From an uncultured delta proteobacterium (lineage in GTDB: Bacteria > Desulfobacterota > Zymogenia > Zymogenales > Zymogenaceae): DNA of 64,000 nt. A program made the translations under genes and the position numbers. The stretch lies in NCBI GenBank assembly GCA_963792965.1, contig CAWBYW010000007.1, forward strand, positions 608,001 to 672,000. The letters run 5' to 3'. A model generated the notes under the pieces. That model saw nothing but the letters and a program-made list of their open reading frames with translations, did not search any database and was not told the DNA's origin. Of this stretch, positions 48,858 to 59,551 are shown piece by piece (within the stretch, counting starts at the first letter, position 1; each line of letters starts with the position of its first letter).

Positions 48858-49334
48858 ATGATCGAAGAAAAGTATAAGGCGATCGCCGACTACTGCCAGA
48901 ACGGCATCCCGGCCATAAAGCGGACGGGACTGCGGATTACCGACATGCGCGACCGCTACGTCAAGATGGTCATGCCGATTGAGGGCAATTCCAACCACAT
49001 CGGGATCATGTACGCCGGGTCCCTCTTCTCCATCGGGGAGATATCGGGCGGCGTCATCCACGGGGCGAGCTTCGACACCGACAAGTACGTGCCGATCGTC
49101 AAAGAGGTCAATATCCGCTTTCGGCGGCCGGCCGTTACCGACGTGACGCTTGAGGTCACCATCACCAAGGAAGAGGCCGCGCGAATCCAGAAGGAAGCCG
49201 CCGAGAAGGGAAAGGCCGACTTTGCGCTCGACCTCGAGATCAAGGACGCCAACGGCGAGGCGGTCTCCATCGTCCACGGCATCTGGCAGATCAGGACGAT
49301 GCCCGAGGGTATCAAGAGCCCGTTCCCGAAATAG
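48858..49334 (+). CDS. Hotdog thioesterase (YiiD-C/DUF4442/PaaI-like)
   Basis: NSNHIGIMYAGSLF..GE, IRFRRPA. Confidence 0.8.
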   Translation: MIEEKYKAIADYCQNGIPAIKRTGLRITDMRDRYVKMVMPIEGNSNHIGIMYAGSLFSIGEISGGVIHGASFDTDKYVPIVKEVNIRFRRPAVTDVTLEVTITKEEAARIQKEAAEKGKADFALDLEIKDANGEAVSIVHGIWQIRTMPEGIKSPFPK

Positions 49335-49534
49335 ACCTCAACAAGGCGCGGCCTTCCCGGGGCCCCGGTCATTCCCACACGAGTCCTGCTTGCATGGGTT
49401 CGCCGGGGGAAAGAGAGAGCCGCGTTTCGATTTCATGAAAGGCGGCGCTCTCCTCTTCAGCTCGTCCGAGAAATGAGCTCCCCTCAGGCTCCCCGGGAAA
49501 GCCGAGGCTTTTACCGGAGAGAAAAAGGAAAGTC

Positions 49535-51541
49535 ATGGATTTCATCAAGCTCTTCGAGCCGATCACGATTAACAAAACAAAGATCAAGAACCGGATCGTC
49601 ATGCCGGCGATGGGCCTCTTCTATACCGACGATTACTCCTTCAACGAGCGCTACCACGGCTTCTACCGCGAGCGCGCCAAAGGAGGGGTCGGCCTGATGA
49701 TCGTGGGCCCCTCGCGATCGACCTTGGTCGGGAGCGCCCGATTTATGCCCGGCATCTTCGACGACTCGCACATCGGGCCCCTCAAGAAATTCGTGGACGA
49801 GATGCATAAGACGACCGATGTGACCGTCGGGACCCAGCTCTTCCAGATGGGCCGCTACGCCTTTTCGTACTATTCCGGCATGGCTCCAATCGCCCCGTCG
49901 GCGATCCCGAGCCGCCTTACCGGCGAGACGCCGCGGGAAATGACCAAAGACGACATCGAGACGGTCAAGGAATCGTTCGCCGGCGCCGCCCGGCGCGCCC
50001 AAGAAGCGGGCTTTGACTATATCGAGATCATCGCCTGTACCGGCTACCTCATCAGCCAGTTCCTGTCCCCCGTCACCAACAAGCGGACCGACGACTACGG
50101 CGGGTCCATCGAAAACCGGATGCGGTTCGGGCTGGAAGTGATCAAGAAGGTGAGAGAGGCCGTGGGCCCGCATCAGGCCATCGGGATCAGGATCGCGGGA
50201 AACGACTTCATGGACGGCGGCCACACGAACACCGAGTCCGCCCTCTTTGCCGCCGCGGCCGAGCATGCGGGCGTCGACGCCGTCAACGTCACCGGCGGGT
50301 GGCACGAGACCTATGTCCCCCAGCTGACCACCAACGTCCCCCCCGGCGTCTTCGTCTACCTCGCCCGCGGGATAAAGGAGAAAGTCACCGTCCCGGTATT
50401 TGCCTCAAACCGGCTGGGCGATCCCGAGCTCGCCGAGAAGGTGCTGCGGGCGGGCTCGGCCGATATGATCTGCTGGGCGCGGCCCCTGATCGCCGACCCG
50501 GAGCTCCCCAACAAGGTGCGCGAGGGGAGGCTTGACGAGATCACCTGGTGCGTCTCCTGTAACCAGGGATGTTTCGACGCGATCTTTTACCGCACCTCCG
50601 TCGGATGCGTACTGAATCCCGCCGCCGGGAGGGAGAACGAGGTCTCGCTGAGGGCTGCCGACAAGAAGAAGAGGATCCTGGTTGCCGGCGGAGGGCCGGG
50701 GGGCATGGAGTTCGCCCTGACGGCCGCCCGGCGCGGGCATACCGTGACCCTGTTTGAGAAGGAAGACCGCCTCGGCGGGCAGATAAACCTCGCCAAGACC
50801 CCGCCGGGAAAACGGGAGCTTGTCCGCATCATCGACAGCATGCGCGACCGGATGAAACATTTCGGTGTCGTGGTGAACACCGGATTTCCCCTCACCTCCG
50901 AAGTAGTCAGGGAAGAACGGCCCGACTATCTTGTCGTCGCCACGGGGGCGCGCCCGATCGACATTCGCGTCCCCGGCATCGATAAGCCCCACGTGGTGAG
51001 CGCCTGGGACGTGCTGTCAGACAGGGTGGCCGAGATCGGCAAGAAGGTCGTCATCGTCGGCGGGAGCGCCACGGGCTGCGAGACCGCGCACACCATCGCC
51101 TCGATGGGCGTGCCCGACGCCGAGGCCTTCACGTTCCTGATGTACCACCACGCCGAGGACCCCGCCTATGCCATGGACCTCCTCCACAAGCCGGGCCGGG
51201 AGGTGACGGTGATCGACCTGGTAGAGCGGATGGCCGACAACGTCAGCAAGACCGCCCGCTGGTCGCTCATGAAGAGCCTCAAACTCATGGGGGTGAGCCT
51301 CATGCCCAAGACGAAACTCTGCGAGATCACGGACGACGCCGTAATCGTCGAGACCCACACGGGCAAACAGACGATCCCGGCCGACACCGTCGTGATCGCC
51401 GTGGGGGCGCACTCCGTCAATGACCTTGTCGAGGCAGCAAAGGCCGACGGGATAAAGGTCATCACCATCGGTGACGCCAAGGCCCCCCGAAAGATCATGG
51501 ACGCCGTGCGCGAAGGCTTTGACGAGGCACTGACGATATAG
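49535..51541 (+). CDS. NADH:flavin oxidoreductase, 2,4-dienoyl-CoA reductase (FadH)-like
   Basis: OYE barrel (GYLISQFLSP, RTDDYGGS), CVSCNQGC Fe-S motif, GGGPGG, ATGA. Confidence 0.9.
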   Translation: MDFIKLFEPITINKTKIKNRIVMPAMGLFYTDDYSFNERYHGFYRERAKGGVGLMIVGPSRSTLVGSARFMPGIFDDSHIGPLKKFVDEMHKTTDVTVGTQLFQMGRYAFSYYSGMAPIAPSAIPSRLTGETPREMTKDDIETVKESFAGAARRAQEAGFDYIEIIACTGYLISQFLSPVTNKRTDDYGGSIENRMRFGLEVIKKVREAVGPHQAIGIRIAGNDFMDGGHTNTESALFAAAAEHAGVDAVNVTGGWHETYVPQLTTNVPPGVFVYLARGIKEKVTVPVFASNRLGDPELAEKVLRAGSADMICWARPLIADPELPNKVREGRLDEITWCVSCNQGCFDAIFYRTSVGCVLNPAAGRENEVSLRAADKKKRILVAGGGPGGMEFALTAARRGHTVTLFEKEDRLGGQINLAKTPPGKRELVRIIDSMRDRMKHFGVVVNTGFPLTSEVVREERPDYLVVATGARPIDIRVPGIDKPHVVSAWDVLSDRVAEIGKKVVIVGGSATGCETAHTIASMGVPDAEAFTFLMYHHAEDPAYAMDLLHKPGREVTVIDLVERMADNVSKTARWSLMKSLKLMGVSLMPKTKLCEITDDAVIVETHTGKQTIPADTVVIAVGAHSVNDLVEAAKADGIKVITIGDAKAPRKIMDAVREGFDEALTI

Positions 51542-51658
51542 GGCCCCGCAGGGGAAAAAGGCGGCTTATTGGTCTCTTCCCGGACAGGTAAAATAGGCCT
51601 ACCGGACAAATTCCTGACGTCTCGCTACATCGGGAATCAATTATAACTACGGAGTCAT

Positions 51659-53164
51659 ATGATGCCTAAACAGTACGACGCAGTCGTCATCGGCGCCGGG
51701 CTCGGTGGCCTCTCGGCGGCGACGTTCCTTGCCAAGAACGGGAGGAGCGTGCTGCTCCTTGAGCGACACAACATTCCCGGCGGATACGCCACCTCGTTCT
51801 GCCGGGGGCGCTTTGAGTTCGACGTCTCGCTCCACGAGCTCTCGGGCATCGGGACCCCGGATGCGCGCGGGAGTCTCTATAATTACCTCGACTACCTCGG
51901 CGTCGCCCAGAAGATGAAATTCCTTCACATGCCCGACCTCTTCCGGGTGGCCGATGATAGGATGGACCTCACCATCCCCGCCGGGAGGGACAAGTGCCAG
52001 GAATACTTCATCAGCAATTTCCCCAAGCAGGCCGCCCAGATCGAGAAATATTTCGAAACGGTCAAGGATTTTTCGGCCGAGTTCTCGGGCGTCGTGATCG
52101 GCGCGGCGAGTAGATCCACCGACCTTTCTCCCGAGAAATTCCCTAACTTCGTCAAATACGGCATGAAGACCTATAAGGAGGTCGTCGACACGATCATTAC
52201 CGACGAAACGCTCAAGGCCGCCCTCTCGCCCTACTGGGGCTACGCGGGCCTGCCTCCCTCCAAGATTCCGTTCCACCTGATGGCATCCATCTGGGAGACG
52301 TTCCTCCAGGATCCGCCCAACCATATCCGCGGACGGTGCCAGGCACTTTCCAACGCCTTTGTCGACACCTTCACCGGGCTCGGCGGAGAGGTGAAATTCA
52401 ACTGCGGCGCCAAGAAGATCGTCACCAGAGACGGGAAGGTCTCCGGCGTGATCACCGATGATGATCGGGAGATAGGCACGAAAGTCGTCGTCTCCAACGC
52501 GAACCCTCTGTTCACCATGATCAACCTCGTGGGCGGCGAACACACGCCCCGGAACTATATGCAGGACCTCAACAGCCGCCTCCCCGGGTTTTCGACCGTC
52601 AATGTCTTCCTGGGGCTTGACTGCCCGCCTGAGACGATCGGGGCCAGGGTCCACGAGAACTTCCTCAACTTCTCCCGCGACATCGACGCGATCTGGGAAA
52701 AGGGATTTACGCTCGCGCCCCCCGAAGGGATCCTTGTCACCAACTATAATGTCACCGATCCCGAGTTTTCCCCTCCCGGCACCTCGGTCATGGTCATGAT
52801 CGCCGGCTCCTACTCACGCCCGTGGTATCTGTTGCCGCCCGAGCAATATGTGGACGCCAAGAACGCCTTCGCGCGGGGGATGTTAGATGTCGCCGAGAAG
52901 TACTACCCCGGGCTCAATGACCATATCGAGGTCATTGAGGTCGCCACCCCCATCACCAACATGCGCTACACCGGTAACATCGGCGGGGCCATCTACGGCT
53001 TCGAGAGTATCGTATCCGACTCGGGGATCCTTCGCATCCGCCACAACACCCCCATCGACGGGCTCTTCTTCGCCTCGGCATGGACGATCCCCGGCGGCGG
53101 CTATCAGCCGTCTATTTCGTCGGGATCCATTGCCGGCGGCAGGGCGCTTAAAAAACTACTGTAA
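51659..53164 (+). CDS. Phytoene desaturase/retinol saturase-like FAD oxidoreductase
   Basis: IGAGLGGL, PGGYATSF, FDVSLH, ATP, GAIYG, TPIDGLFF, PGGG. Confidence 0.85.
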   Translation: MMPKQYDAVVIGAGLGGLSAATFLAKNGRSVLLLERHNIPGGYATSFCRGRFEFDVSLHELSGIGTPDARGSLYNYLDYLGVAQKMKFLHMPDLFRVADDRMDLTIPAGRDKCQEYFISNFPKQAAQIEKYFETVKDFSAEFSGVVIGAASRSTDLSPEKFPNFVKYGMKTYKEVVDTIITDETLKAALSPYWGYAGLPPSKIPFHLMASIWETFLQDPPNHIRGRCQALSNAFVDTFTGLGGEVKFNCGAKKIVTRDGKVSGVITDDDREIGTKVVVSNANPLFTMINLVGGEHTPRNYMQDLNSRLPGFSTVNVFLGLDCPPETIGARVHENFLNFSRDIDAIWEKGFTLAPPEGILVTNYNVTDPEFSPPGTSVMVMIAGSYSRPWYLLPPEQYVDAKNAFARGMLDVAEKYYPGLNDHIEVIEVATPITNMRYTGNIGGAIYGFESIVSDSGILRIRHNTPIDGLFFASAWTIPGGGYQPSISSGSIAGGRALKKLL

Positions 53165-53178
53165 GGGAGACGATCCTC

Positions 53179-54339
53179 ATGGATATCAGGGAATTCTTGG
53201 GACACGTGGAGGGGTTCAAAGAGGTTATAGAGGAGCGTGAGAGCCTGAAGCGCGTCTTCGGCGATATCTCCATCCCGAGGGACTTCGCCGATAATTACAT
53301 CAGGCTATTGCATCCGAAAAAGATCGCGGTAACAGTGGTAGAGATCGTCGATGAGACCGCCTCGGCCAAGACCTTCCGGCTCGCCCCGGAGGACGGCTAC
53401 CTCCCCCCCTTCCGGGCGGGGCAGTACGTCAACTGGGAGGTCACCATCGGAAACGTGAAGACCGGCCGCGCCTTCTCGATCTCGTCGCCCCCGCACCAGC
53501 GCGGCTTTTACGAGCTGACCGTGCGCAGGATGAGCGAGGGATTTGTCTCTCATTACCTGCTGGACAAGGTGAGAGTCGGCGATCGGTTTACGATCTCGGG
53601 GCCGGCGGGCGCCTTCTACCATGAGCCGCTGATCGACACGAAAGAGCTCGTCTTTATCGCCGGCGGCTCGGGGGTCACTCCCTTTAGGAGCATCATCAGG
53701 GAGGCGGCCGAGCGGGGGCGGGACCTTTCGATCTGGCTCGTCTACGGCAGCCGCACGGACGAAGACGTCATTTTCGGAGAAGAGCTCGCGCGGATCGCCA
53801 AACACCATCCTCATGTGAAGTACCGGCTCGTCGTCTCGGAGCCGTCGGCCCGATACAAAGGCAAGACCGGCTTCATCACCGCCGACGTGATAAGAGAATT
53901 CGTGGGGGACGTGAAGGGGAAGACCTTCTACCTCTGCGGGCCGGAGCTGATGTATCGGTTCGTGGGGCCCGAGCTTTCAAAACTCGGTGTCTCGCCCCGG
54001 CGCGTCAGGCGCGAGTCGTACGGCCCACCCGCCGACGTCACCAAAGAATCCGGGTGGCCCACCGATATCACGGCCGACAGGCGATTCAAGGTCATCGTCA
54101 ATGGGGAGGCTACCATCGAGGCGCGCGCGGGCGAGCCGCTCATCGTAGCGCTCGAGCGGGCCGGTCTCATCGTCCCCAGCCTCTGCAGGAGCGGCGAGTG
54201 CAGCCTCTGCCGCACGAAGATCGTCAAGGGATCGACCTTTATGCCCGACCGCGCGGCCGTCAGGGAGTCGGACCGATGGTATAACTATGTCCACTCTTGC
54301 ATGGCCTACCCCCTCTCCGACCTCGAGATCCGCTTTTGA
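53179..54339 (+). CDS. FNR-type flavin reductase with C-terminal [2Fe-2S] domain
   Basis: RAFSISS, GFVS, AGGSGVTP, YLCGP, CRSGECSLC...C. Confidence 0.9.
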   Translation: MDIREFLGHVEGFKEVIEERESLKRVFGDISIPRDFADNYIRLLHPKKIAVTVVEIVDETASAKTFRLAPEDGYLPPFRAGQYVNWEVTIGNVKTGRAFSISSPPHQRGFYELTVRRMSEGFVSHYLLDKVRVGDRFTISGPAGAFYHEPLIDTKELVFIAGGSGVTPFRSIIREAAERGRDLSIWLVYGSRTDEDVIFGEELARIAKHHPHVKYRLVVSEPSARYKGKTGFITADVIREFVGDVKGKTFYLCGPELMYRFVGPELSKLGVSPRRVRRESYGPPADVTKESGWPTDITADRRFKVIVNGEATIEARAGEPLIVALERAGLIVPSLCRSGECSLCRTKIVKGSTFMPDRAAVRESDRWYNYVHSCMAYPLSDLEIRF

Positions 54340-54352
54340 CCGAAAAAGACAA

Positions 54353-54381
54353 CGGCCCCGATACCGAAGGGTAAGGGGCCG
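54353..54381. terminator. Hairpin between convergent genes
   Basis: CGGCCCC...GGGGCCG. Confidence 0.45.
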
Positions 54382-54396
54382 CTCTTCTTGTTCCGA

Positions 54397-54591
54397 CTAA
54401 TCCTCGACCCAGCTGATACATTCCACCGGACAGGAATCGATGGCCTCCTGGATCTCTTCCTCCTTTGCCCCCGTGGGGTCAAAGACCTCGGCCACCATAT
54501 CGTCGGTGAGCCTGAAAACCCCCGGACAGAGGTCCACGCAGGTCTCGCAGCCGGTGCAGATATCCTGGTCAACGTGCGGCTTCTTTGCCAT
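54397..54591 (-). CDS. Monocluster [4Fe-4S] ferredoxin
   Basis: CTGCETC..LCP...CPVECI, GGAGG RBS. Confidence 0.92.
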   Translation of the reverse strand: MAKKPHVDQDICTGCETCVDLCPGVFRLTDDMVAEVFDPTGAKEEEIQEAIDSCPVECISWVED

Positions 54592-54811
54592 TGGCTACCC
54601 TCCACCTTATACCCCATGAGGACTTCGTTTTCATGGGGGCGCAGGTCAAAGAATGAGATGAATCCCGTGTATGTCCGCCGGGCCGCCGCTGGGCCGCCCG
54701 GAATTATCCCAGCCCGTCGCCGGACGGGGTCAAGCGCAGGCCCTTACCGATTGTGATAGGTACGACAAAAAGGCTGGCCGGCCGAAGGATGGTCTTTTCA
54801 CGCCGCGGCCC

Positions 54812-55960
54812 TCAGGCGATTTCTCTCCCGCCGACCCATGTCTTCAGTATATCCAACTTCCCGTCCAAAAGCAAGAGGTCGGCCTCTTTTCCGACCGCGA
54901 TGCTCCCGACCCGGTCATCGACCCCTATGAGGGTTGCCGGATTCAGGGAGGCGGCCCGGACGATGTGCACCAGAGGAATATCAGTGTTATTGTAGACGTT
55001 TCTCACACCTTTCATGAGGGGGCTCGCGCTTCCGGCCAGCACACCGGACCCAGCGATGAAGATTCTCCCTTCCACAAGGCGCACTTTCGCGCCGAAAAAG
55101 TCGTACTCGCCCTCCGGCAGTCCCAGAACCGCCACCGCGTCCGAGACCATGATCATTCGATCCGGACCCTTGAGCCGATAGCCCATCTCGACCATCGGCG
55201 CGGCAAGGTGAAACCCGTCGCAGATGAATTCGCTGTAAACCTCGCCCGACAAGAGCGCCGCGACCGCAATCCCCGGCTCCCGGTGATGGATGGGGCGCAT
55301 GGCGTTGAACGTATGACAGGTGACCCTCAGTCCCCTCTCTATCGCCTGGGTCCCCTCAGCAAACGTCGCGTCGGTGTGGACGGCACCCGGGATGATTCCC
55401 TCACGGGAAAGCTCTCCGATCAGATCCATTCCCCCGTCGAGCTCCGGGGCCAGCCCCATCATCGTGAGGAATCCTTCGGAGGCCTCGATGTATCTTTTCA
55501 GATCACCCTTTTCATATTTCCTCAGCGCGTCGAACCGCTGTGCCCCGGCCCGGGCCGGATTGAGGTACGGTCCCTCCATGTGGATGCCGAGGATACGGGC
55601 ACCCGTGAGCGTTTCCCTCGCCTGTCGGATCGTCGAGAGCGCCGTCAGCGTCTCCTCCATCCGGGAGGACTCTACCGTCGGGAGAAATGACGTTGTACCG
55701 AGGCCGGGCAACGCCTCCGACATCCTCTGGAGGTCCTCCACGCGTGCCGACTGGCACATGATTCCGAACGCCCCATGGATATGCTCGTCCACAAGCCCCG
55801 GGCTCAGATACGCGCCCTTTGCATGTACACGCTCGGAGTCCGCGCCGCCGAGGCCCGGACCGATCTCGGCAATCTTACCGTCTCGGACCAACACGTCGTT
55901 GCCCTCGGAGATCGCATCGGGGAGGATGAGCCTTGCCCCCGTAATGATGAAATCTTTCAC
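54812..55960 (-). CDS. nagA: N-acetylglucosamine-6-phosphate deacetylase
   Basis: PGLVDEHIHG, GIHMEGPY, APE, HTFNAM, DGFH, SDA, LAGS. Confidence 0.92.
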   Translation of the reverse strand: MKDFIITGARLILPDAISEGNDVLVRDGKIAEIGPGLGGADSERVHAKGAYLSPGLVDEHIHGAFGIMCQSARVEDLQRMSEALPGLGTTSFLPTVESSRMEETLTALSTIRQARETLTGARILGIHMEGPYLNPARAGAQRFDALRKYEKGDLKRYIEASEGFLTMMGLAPELDGGMDLIGELSREGIIPGAVHTDATFAEGTQAIERGLRVTCHTFNAMRPIHHREPGIAVAALLSGEVYSEFICDGFHLAAPMVEMGYRLKGPDRMIMVSDAVAVLGLPEGEYDFFGAKVRLVEGRIFIAGSGVLAGSASPLMKGVRNVYNNTDIPLVHIVRAASLNPATLIGVDDRVGSIAVGKEADLLLLDGKLDILKTWVGGREIA

Positions 55961-57228
55961 TGTCTTCCTTCAATGAGATCGTATGCCACCTTCACAACGG
56001 CACCGATGGACTCCGGCGATAAGAACGCCGACGTCGATTCATAGCGGTCTTCGCCGACCGCGAGATACCCGAAGTAGTCTTCCGCATAGCCACATACCAT
56101 CAGATCAAAAGAGGCCCGCGCCTTCAGGGCAAGCGCCGTTTCACTCATGACCTCTCCGGGAAGAAAGATGATGCCGAGTGTCCCGATCTTCACAAGGATA
56201 ACCCTCAGCTCCATGTTGCGAGGCCCCATGATATGCTCAAATCCCCCTCCCCCGATGAAGTAGAGGGTGACAAGGATACCCTCCCGGATCGATTCGAGCC
56301 GACGAATGCCGCCGGTGGAGAGCCCGCCCGAGCACGCCTTCTTGATCCTTCCTTCGATCTCCGCCAGCCTCCGTTCGACCTGTTCCCTGTCCGGAAGAAC
56401 CCGGTACCCGACCGGGACGGGAATAAACCCCACACTGATCTCTTCACCGACCAGGGGCCGGCTCACGTCCTCGGCATCACGAACGGAGTTAAAGAACAGA
56501 TCGGTAAAGCGGCCCAGCTCCCGCTGGTCTCTTCCGCGTCTCGTGAACCGGGTGCTTACGTCGGCCGAGCCACCGTTGAGAAGAAGGGAAGTCCCTCCCA
56601 ATAGCCCGTCAGACTTCGCCAGTCCCCTTCCGACCCAGTCCGCGGAGAACATGAGGTTCTCCGGCCCCAGGACCGTCGGGTGGCACCCGTAATTGACGAT
56701 CCTCGAGACGGTCTTCCCGTCCCCTTTCTTCGCCGTCAGGATGATGAGCTCATCGTCGACGGGCCGCTCCGGATCATTTCGGTGCGCGCCGAGGCCGCTG
56801 ACGCCCGCCTTCCCGATCCATAGGGTTACCGGGCGGGCGGACGCTGTCAGACTCTGCGCCGCCTCGACGAGCCTTCGTGCCGTCCCCTCAAGATAGGAAT
56901 CCTCATCCAAAGCCGGAACCGCGGACGATCTGAAGACTCCCGGGCCGGAATGCGTGTGGACGGCGCTGATGATGATCTGGTCTTCATCGATCCCGACCTC
57001 GCGTGCGATCGCCTCTTTAATGATCGTGGTCCAGCGGCCGTCCAGGAATACCCAGTCGAGGCTCACCAAGAGCAGCCGATCGCTTCCCGCCGAAAGGAAA
57101 AGGAGCCGCGCCCTGATCGGATCCAGGATGCCCTGTGACACCCCCGTGCGGAACAGATATCCGCCGAGGGGAAAACCAAGCGGTGGGGTTATGTCTATCG
57201 ACGCCGTCGACGCGAGAAATTCCCCCAT
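55957..57228 (-). CDS. Neutral/alkaline ceramidase N-terminal-domain hydrolase
   Basis: DITP..G.PLGGY, HTHSGP, NYGCHP, SADW, PGE. Confidence 0.78.
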   Translation of the reverse strand: MGEFLASTASIDITPPLGFPLGGYLFRTGVSQGILDPIRARLLFLSAGSDRLLLVSLDWVFLDGRWTTIIKEAIAREVGIDEDQIIISAVHTHSGPGVFRSSAVPALDEDSYLEGTARRLVEAAQSLTASARPVTLWIGKAGVSGLGAHRNDPERPVDDELIILTAKKGDGKTVSRIVNYGCHPTVLGPENLMFSADWVGRGLAKSDGLLGGTSLLLNGGSADVSTRFTRRGRDQRELGRFTDLFFNSVRDAEDVSRPLVGEEISVGFIPVPVGYRVLPDREQVERRLAEIEGRIKKACSGGLSTGGIRRLESIREGILVTLYFIGGGGFEHIMGPRNMELRVILVKIGTLGIIFLPGEVMSETALALKARASFDLMVCGYAEDYFGYLAVGEDRYESTSAFLSPESIGAVVKVAYDLIEGRQ

Positions 57229-58205
57229 TACCGAAGGCCTTGGATCAGATGATCGCGAACCGCGGCAAAATCGAGATAGAGACGCTCAAAAGCGATTTTC
57301 ACTCCCCCACCGATCGCGGGCATCTCGGGGGGCCTGATCTCCGCCTTATGAAACACGTCCCTGATGGACTGGCAAAACGGTGCGATGACGAGATCCCGCG
57401 CCAAAAAGACGCTGCCCGACCAGGAGACCTTCACCTCTTCGGGGGGGATCTTAAGGTTTCGCGCGACAGTGACTACCCCGAGGGCGAGCTCCCGCCCCGC
57501 ATCACTCATGATTCGGCGGGCGACCTCGTCCCCGTCTCGCGCCGCCTCGGCCACGACGACCGCGCCCTCGGCAATCCGGTCGCGCGTCACGCTCTTGTCC
57601 AGATAGACGGTAATCGCCACGGCGATCATATCGGGGACACCGAAAAGTTTCGGTAACTCCTCAACCAGCCGTGTCGGAGCGTCCCGCCCGTCAAAAGCCC
57701 GGGCCGCCGCCCTCAGACCCCTCACCGCGATGTCGTAGGCGCTCCCTTCATCGCCGAGTATGTGTCCCCACCCCCCGGCCTGAAGCCCCTCGCCCCGCTT
57801 ATTTCTCCCGTAGACCGTCGAGCCGGTTCCGGCCGTCGCCACCACGCCCCACCCATAGGGGAGCGCCCCAAAAAATCCCGCCACCATGTCTCCCACCAGA
57901 TAAACCGGCACGCCCGGAAAATATTCCGAGATGATCCCTTCAACGTAGTCGGCCCCCTCCCTCAGGTAGCCGATACCGGCGGTGTCGCCGGCAATGATAC
58001 GCACATCGGCCGGATCGATGCCCGCCGATTTCATCGATTCGGCGATCGCCTCTTTCAGTGAGGCCCTGACCACCTCGATGGGGGAAAGGACATGGTTTGC
58101 CGGCCCGGAAGAGCCCCTCCCGATGATCTCGCCCTTCGTCGTCACGGCGATCGCCGTCGTGTGCGTCCCCCCGCCGTCTACCGAGATGATGATATCTTTA
58201 CCCAT
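57228..58205 (-). CDS. BadF/BadG/BcrA/BcrD-family N-acetylhexosamine kinase (MurK/NAGK-like)
   Basis: DGGGTHT, GPAN, AGTGS, GGWGHILGDEGSAY. Confidence 0.87.
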   Translation of the reverse strand: MGKDIIISVDGGGTHTTAIAVTTKGEIIGRGSSGPANHVLSPIEVVRASLKEAIAESMKSAGIDPADVRIIAGDTAGIGYLREGADYVEGIISEYFPGVPVYLVGDMVAGFFGALPYGWGVVATAGTGSTVYGRNKRGEGLQAGGWGHILGDEGSAYDIAVRGLRAAARAFDGRDAPTRLVEELPKLFGVPDMIAVAITVYLDKSVTRDRIAEGAVVVAEAARDGDEVARRIMSDAGRELALGVVTVARNLKIPPEEVKVSWSGSVFLARDLVIAPFCQSIRDVFHKAEIRPPEMPAIGGGVKIAFERLYLDFAAVRDHLIQGLR

Positions 58206-59551
58206 TACTGTTCCTTGATCCCCATGATCTTTCTGGTCTCCTCGGGATTGTCACCGAGCTTATATCCGAGCAGGATAACAAAGCCGATAAGAGAGACGAC
58301 TCCGAGCACGATCCACACAAGCTTGATGCCGAGTGGATGTTCTTTCGTATTCCCAAAAGCCGAAAATAGCACGGGAAGAACCACGGTGGAAAGCGCGAAC
58401 CCGACCTTCCGTGAAAACCCGAAAACCCCGTAATACATCGCCTCCCGACGCTTGCCCGTCAGCATCTGGTCGTAGTCGGCGATGTCGCCCATCATGGCAT
58501 AGACGAGGATCATGAACCCGCCCAGAGGGATGCTCACCGGCGGAAGGAGGATAAAGCCCTGGACGGCGATCGGAATGCCGGGAATCGAGCCGACCAGGAA
58601 GATCAGGGGAAAGAAGGCCGCCAGCAAGAGCGAGACAACCTGCAACAGCCGCCTCTTGCTATATCGATGGGAAAGCCACATCCAGAGGGGAACCGACGCA
58701 ACCATGCAGAGGATGAACTCGGCCTGGTAATACATCACGAACGACTCGGGCTTATCCACAACGGACTTGACAAAGTAGGGCATGATCACCAGCAGCACCT
58801 CGTAGCACATATAGAGGGCGACGATCGCGAGGCCGAAGAAAAGAAACTGCTTGTTGGTGAAGGTCGCCTTGAACGAGTCCCACAGTTTTATCTTCACATC
58901 GGCCCGGGAAAATTCCACCGGCAGCTCCTTGATCCCCGGAAGGCAGATGTACATCGTGACCAGACCGATGGCCGCCGTTACAATCGCCATCGTGACCGGT
59001 CCCTTATTCTGGAAGAGATTTGGTGCGATGAATGCCACCATCAGAAAACCGACGATGGCGTAGATCAGCTTCCACGAGGTGAGCTTGACCCGGTCATCGG
59101 AGGTGAGGGCGATCTCGGCCAGGAGGGCGTCGTATGGGATGCCGATGACGTCGTAGAATAAGAAATAGACAAAAAACACGCCCATCAGATATATCACGTT
59201 AAGGCTCGATACCCCGGCCACAGGTGGGAGCCAAAGGAAGATGAACGCAATGATCATCAGGGGTGTGCCGATGACGATGAACGGTTTCCTCCGTCCCCAT
59301 CGGGTCTTGGTATTGTCTGAAATGTGGCCGATGAGGGGATTTATGACCGCGTCGAAAACCCGCCCTACGGTAAGGATCAGGCCGACGGCCATGATCGGAA
59401 TATAGGAATGCCTTCCCGAATCGGACGGCGGGGCATAAAAATACATGATCCAGGTAAAGAGCACACCTTCCACGAAGTTGAGGCTGATCGAGCCCCAGTT
59501 ATAGAAAAAGACCTCCTTATTGGTGAGCCGCTTGATGACTTCCTTTTCCAT
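58205..59551 (-). CDS. GPH/MelB-family MFS sugar transporter
   Basis: DAVINPLIGHISDNTKTRWGRRKP, IPYDAL, DIADYD..TGKRRE. Confidence 0.9.
   Translation of the reverse strand: MEKEVIKRLTNKEVFFYNWGSISLNFVEGVLFTWIMYFYAPPSDSGRHSYIPIMAVGLILTVGRVFDAVINPLIGHISDNTKTRWGRRKPFIVIGTPLMIIAFIFLWLPPVAGVSSLNVIYLMGVFFVYFLFYDVIGIPYDALLAEIALTSDDRVKLTSWKLIYAIVGFLMVAFIAPNLFQNKGPVTMAIVTAAIGLVTMYICLPGIKELPVEFSRADVKIKLWDSFKATFTNKQFLFFGLAIVALYMCYEVLLVIMPYFVKSVVDKPESFVMYYQAEFILCMVASVPLWMWLSHRYSKRRLLQVVSLLLAAFFPLIFLVGSIPGIPIAVQGFILLPPVSIPLGGFMILVYAMMGDIADYDQMLTGKRREAMYYGVFGFSRKVGFALSTVVLPVLFSAFGNTKEHPLGIKLVWIVLGVVSLIGFVILLGYKLGDNPEETRKIMGIKEQ

Noticed and set aside
51659-53164. Carotenoid biosynthesis crtI
   Set aside because: No crtE/crtB/crtY nearby; the context is acyl-CoA redox metabolism
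1981-55690. Many long antisense or alternate-frame ORFs (e.g. 1981-2997, 4494-5516, 23805-24857, 33623-34723, 47826-48836, 54671-55690)
   Set aside because: Shadow ORFs of well-supported genes in high-GC DNA, with no motifs
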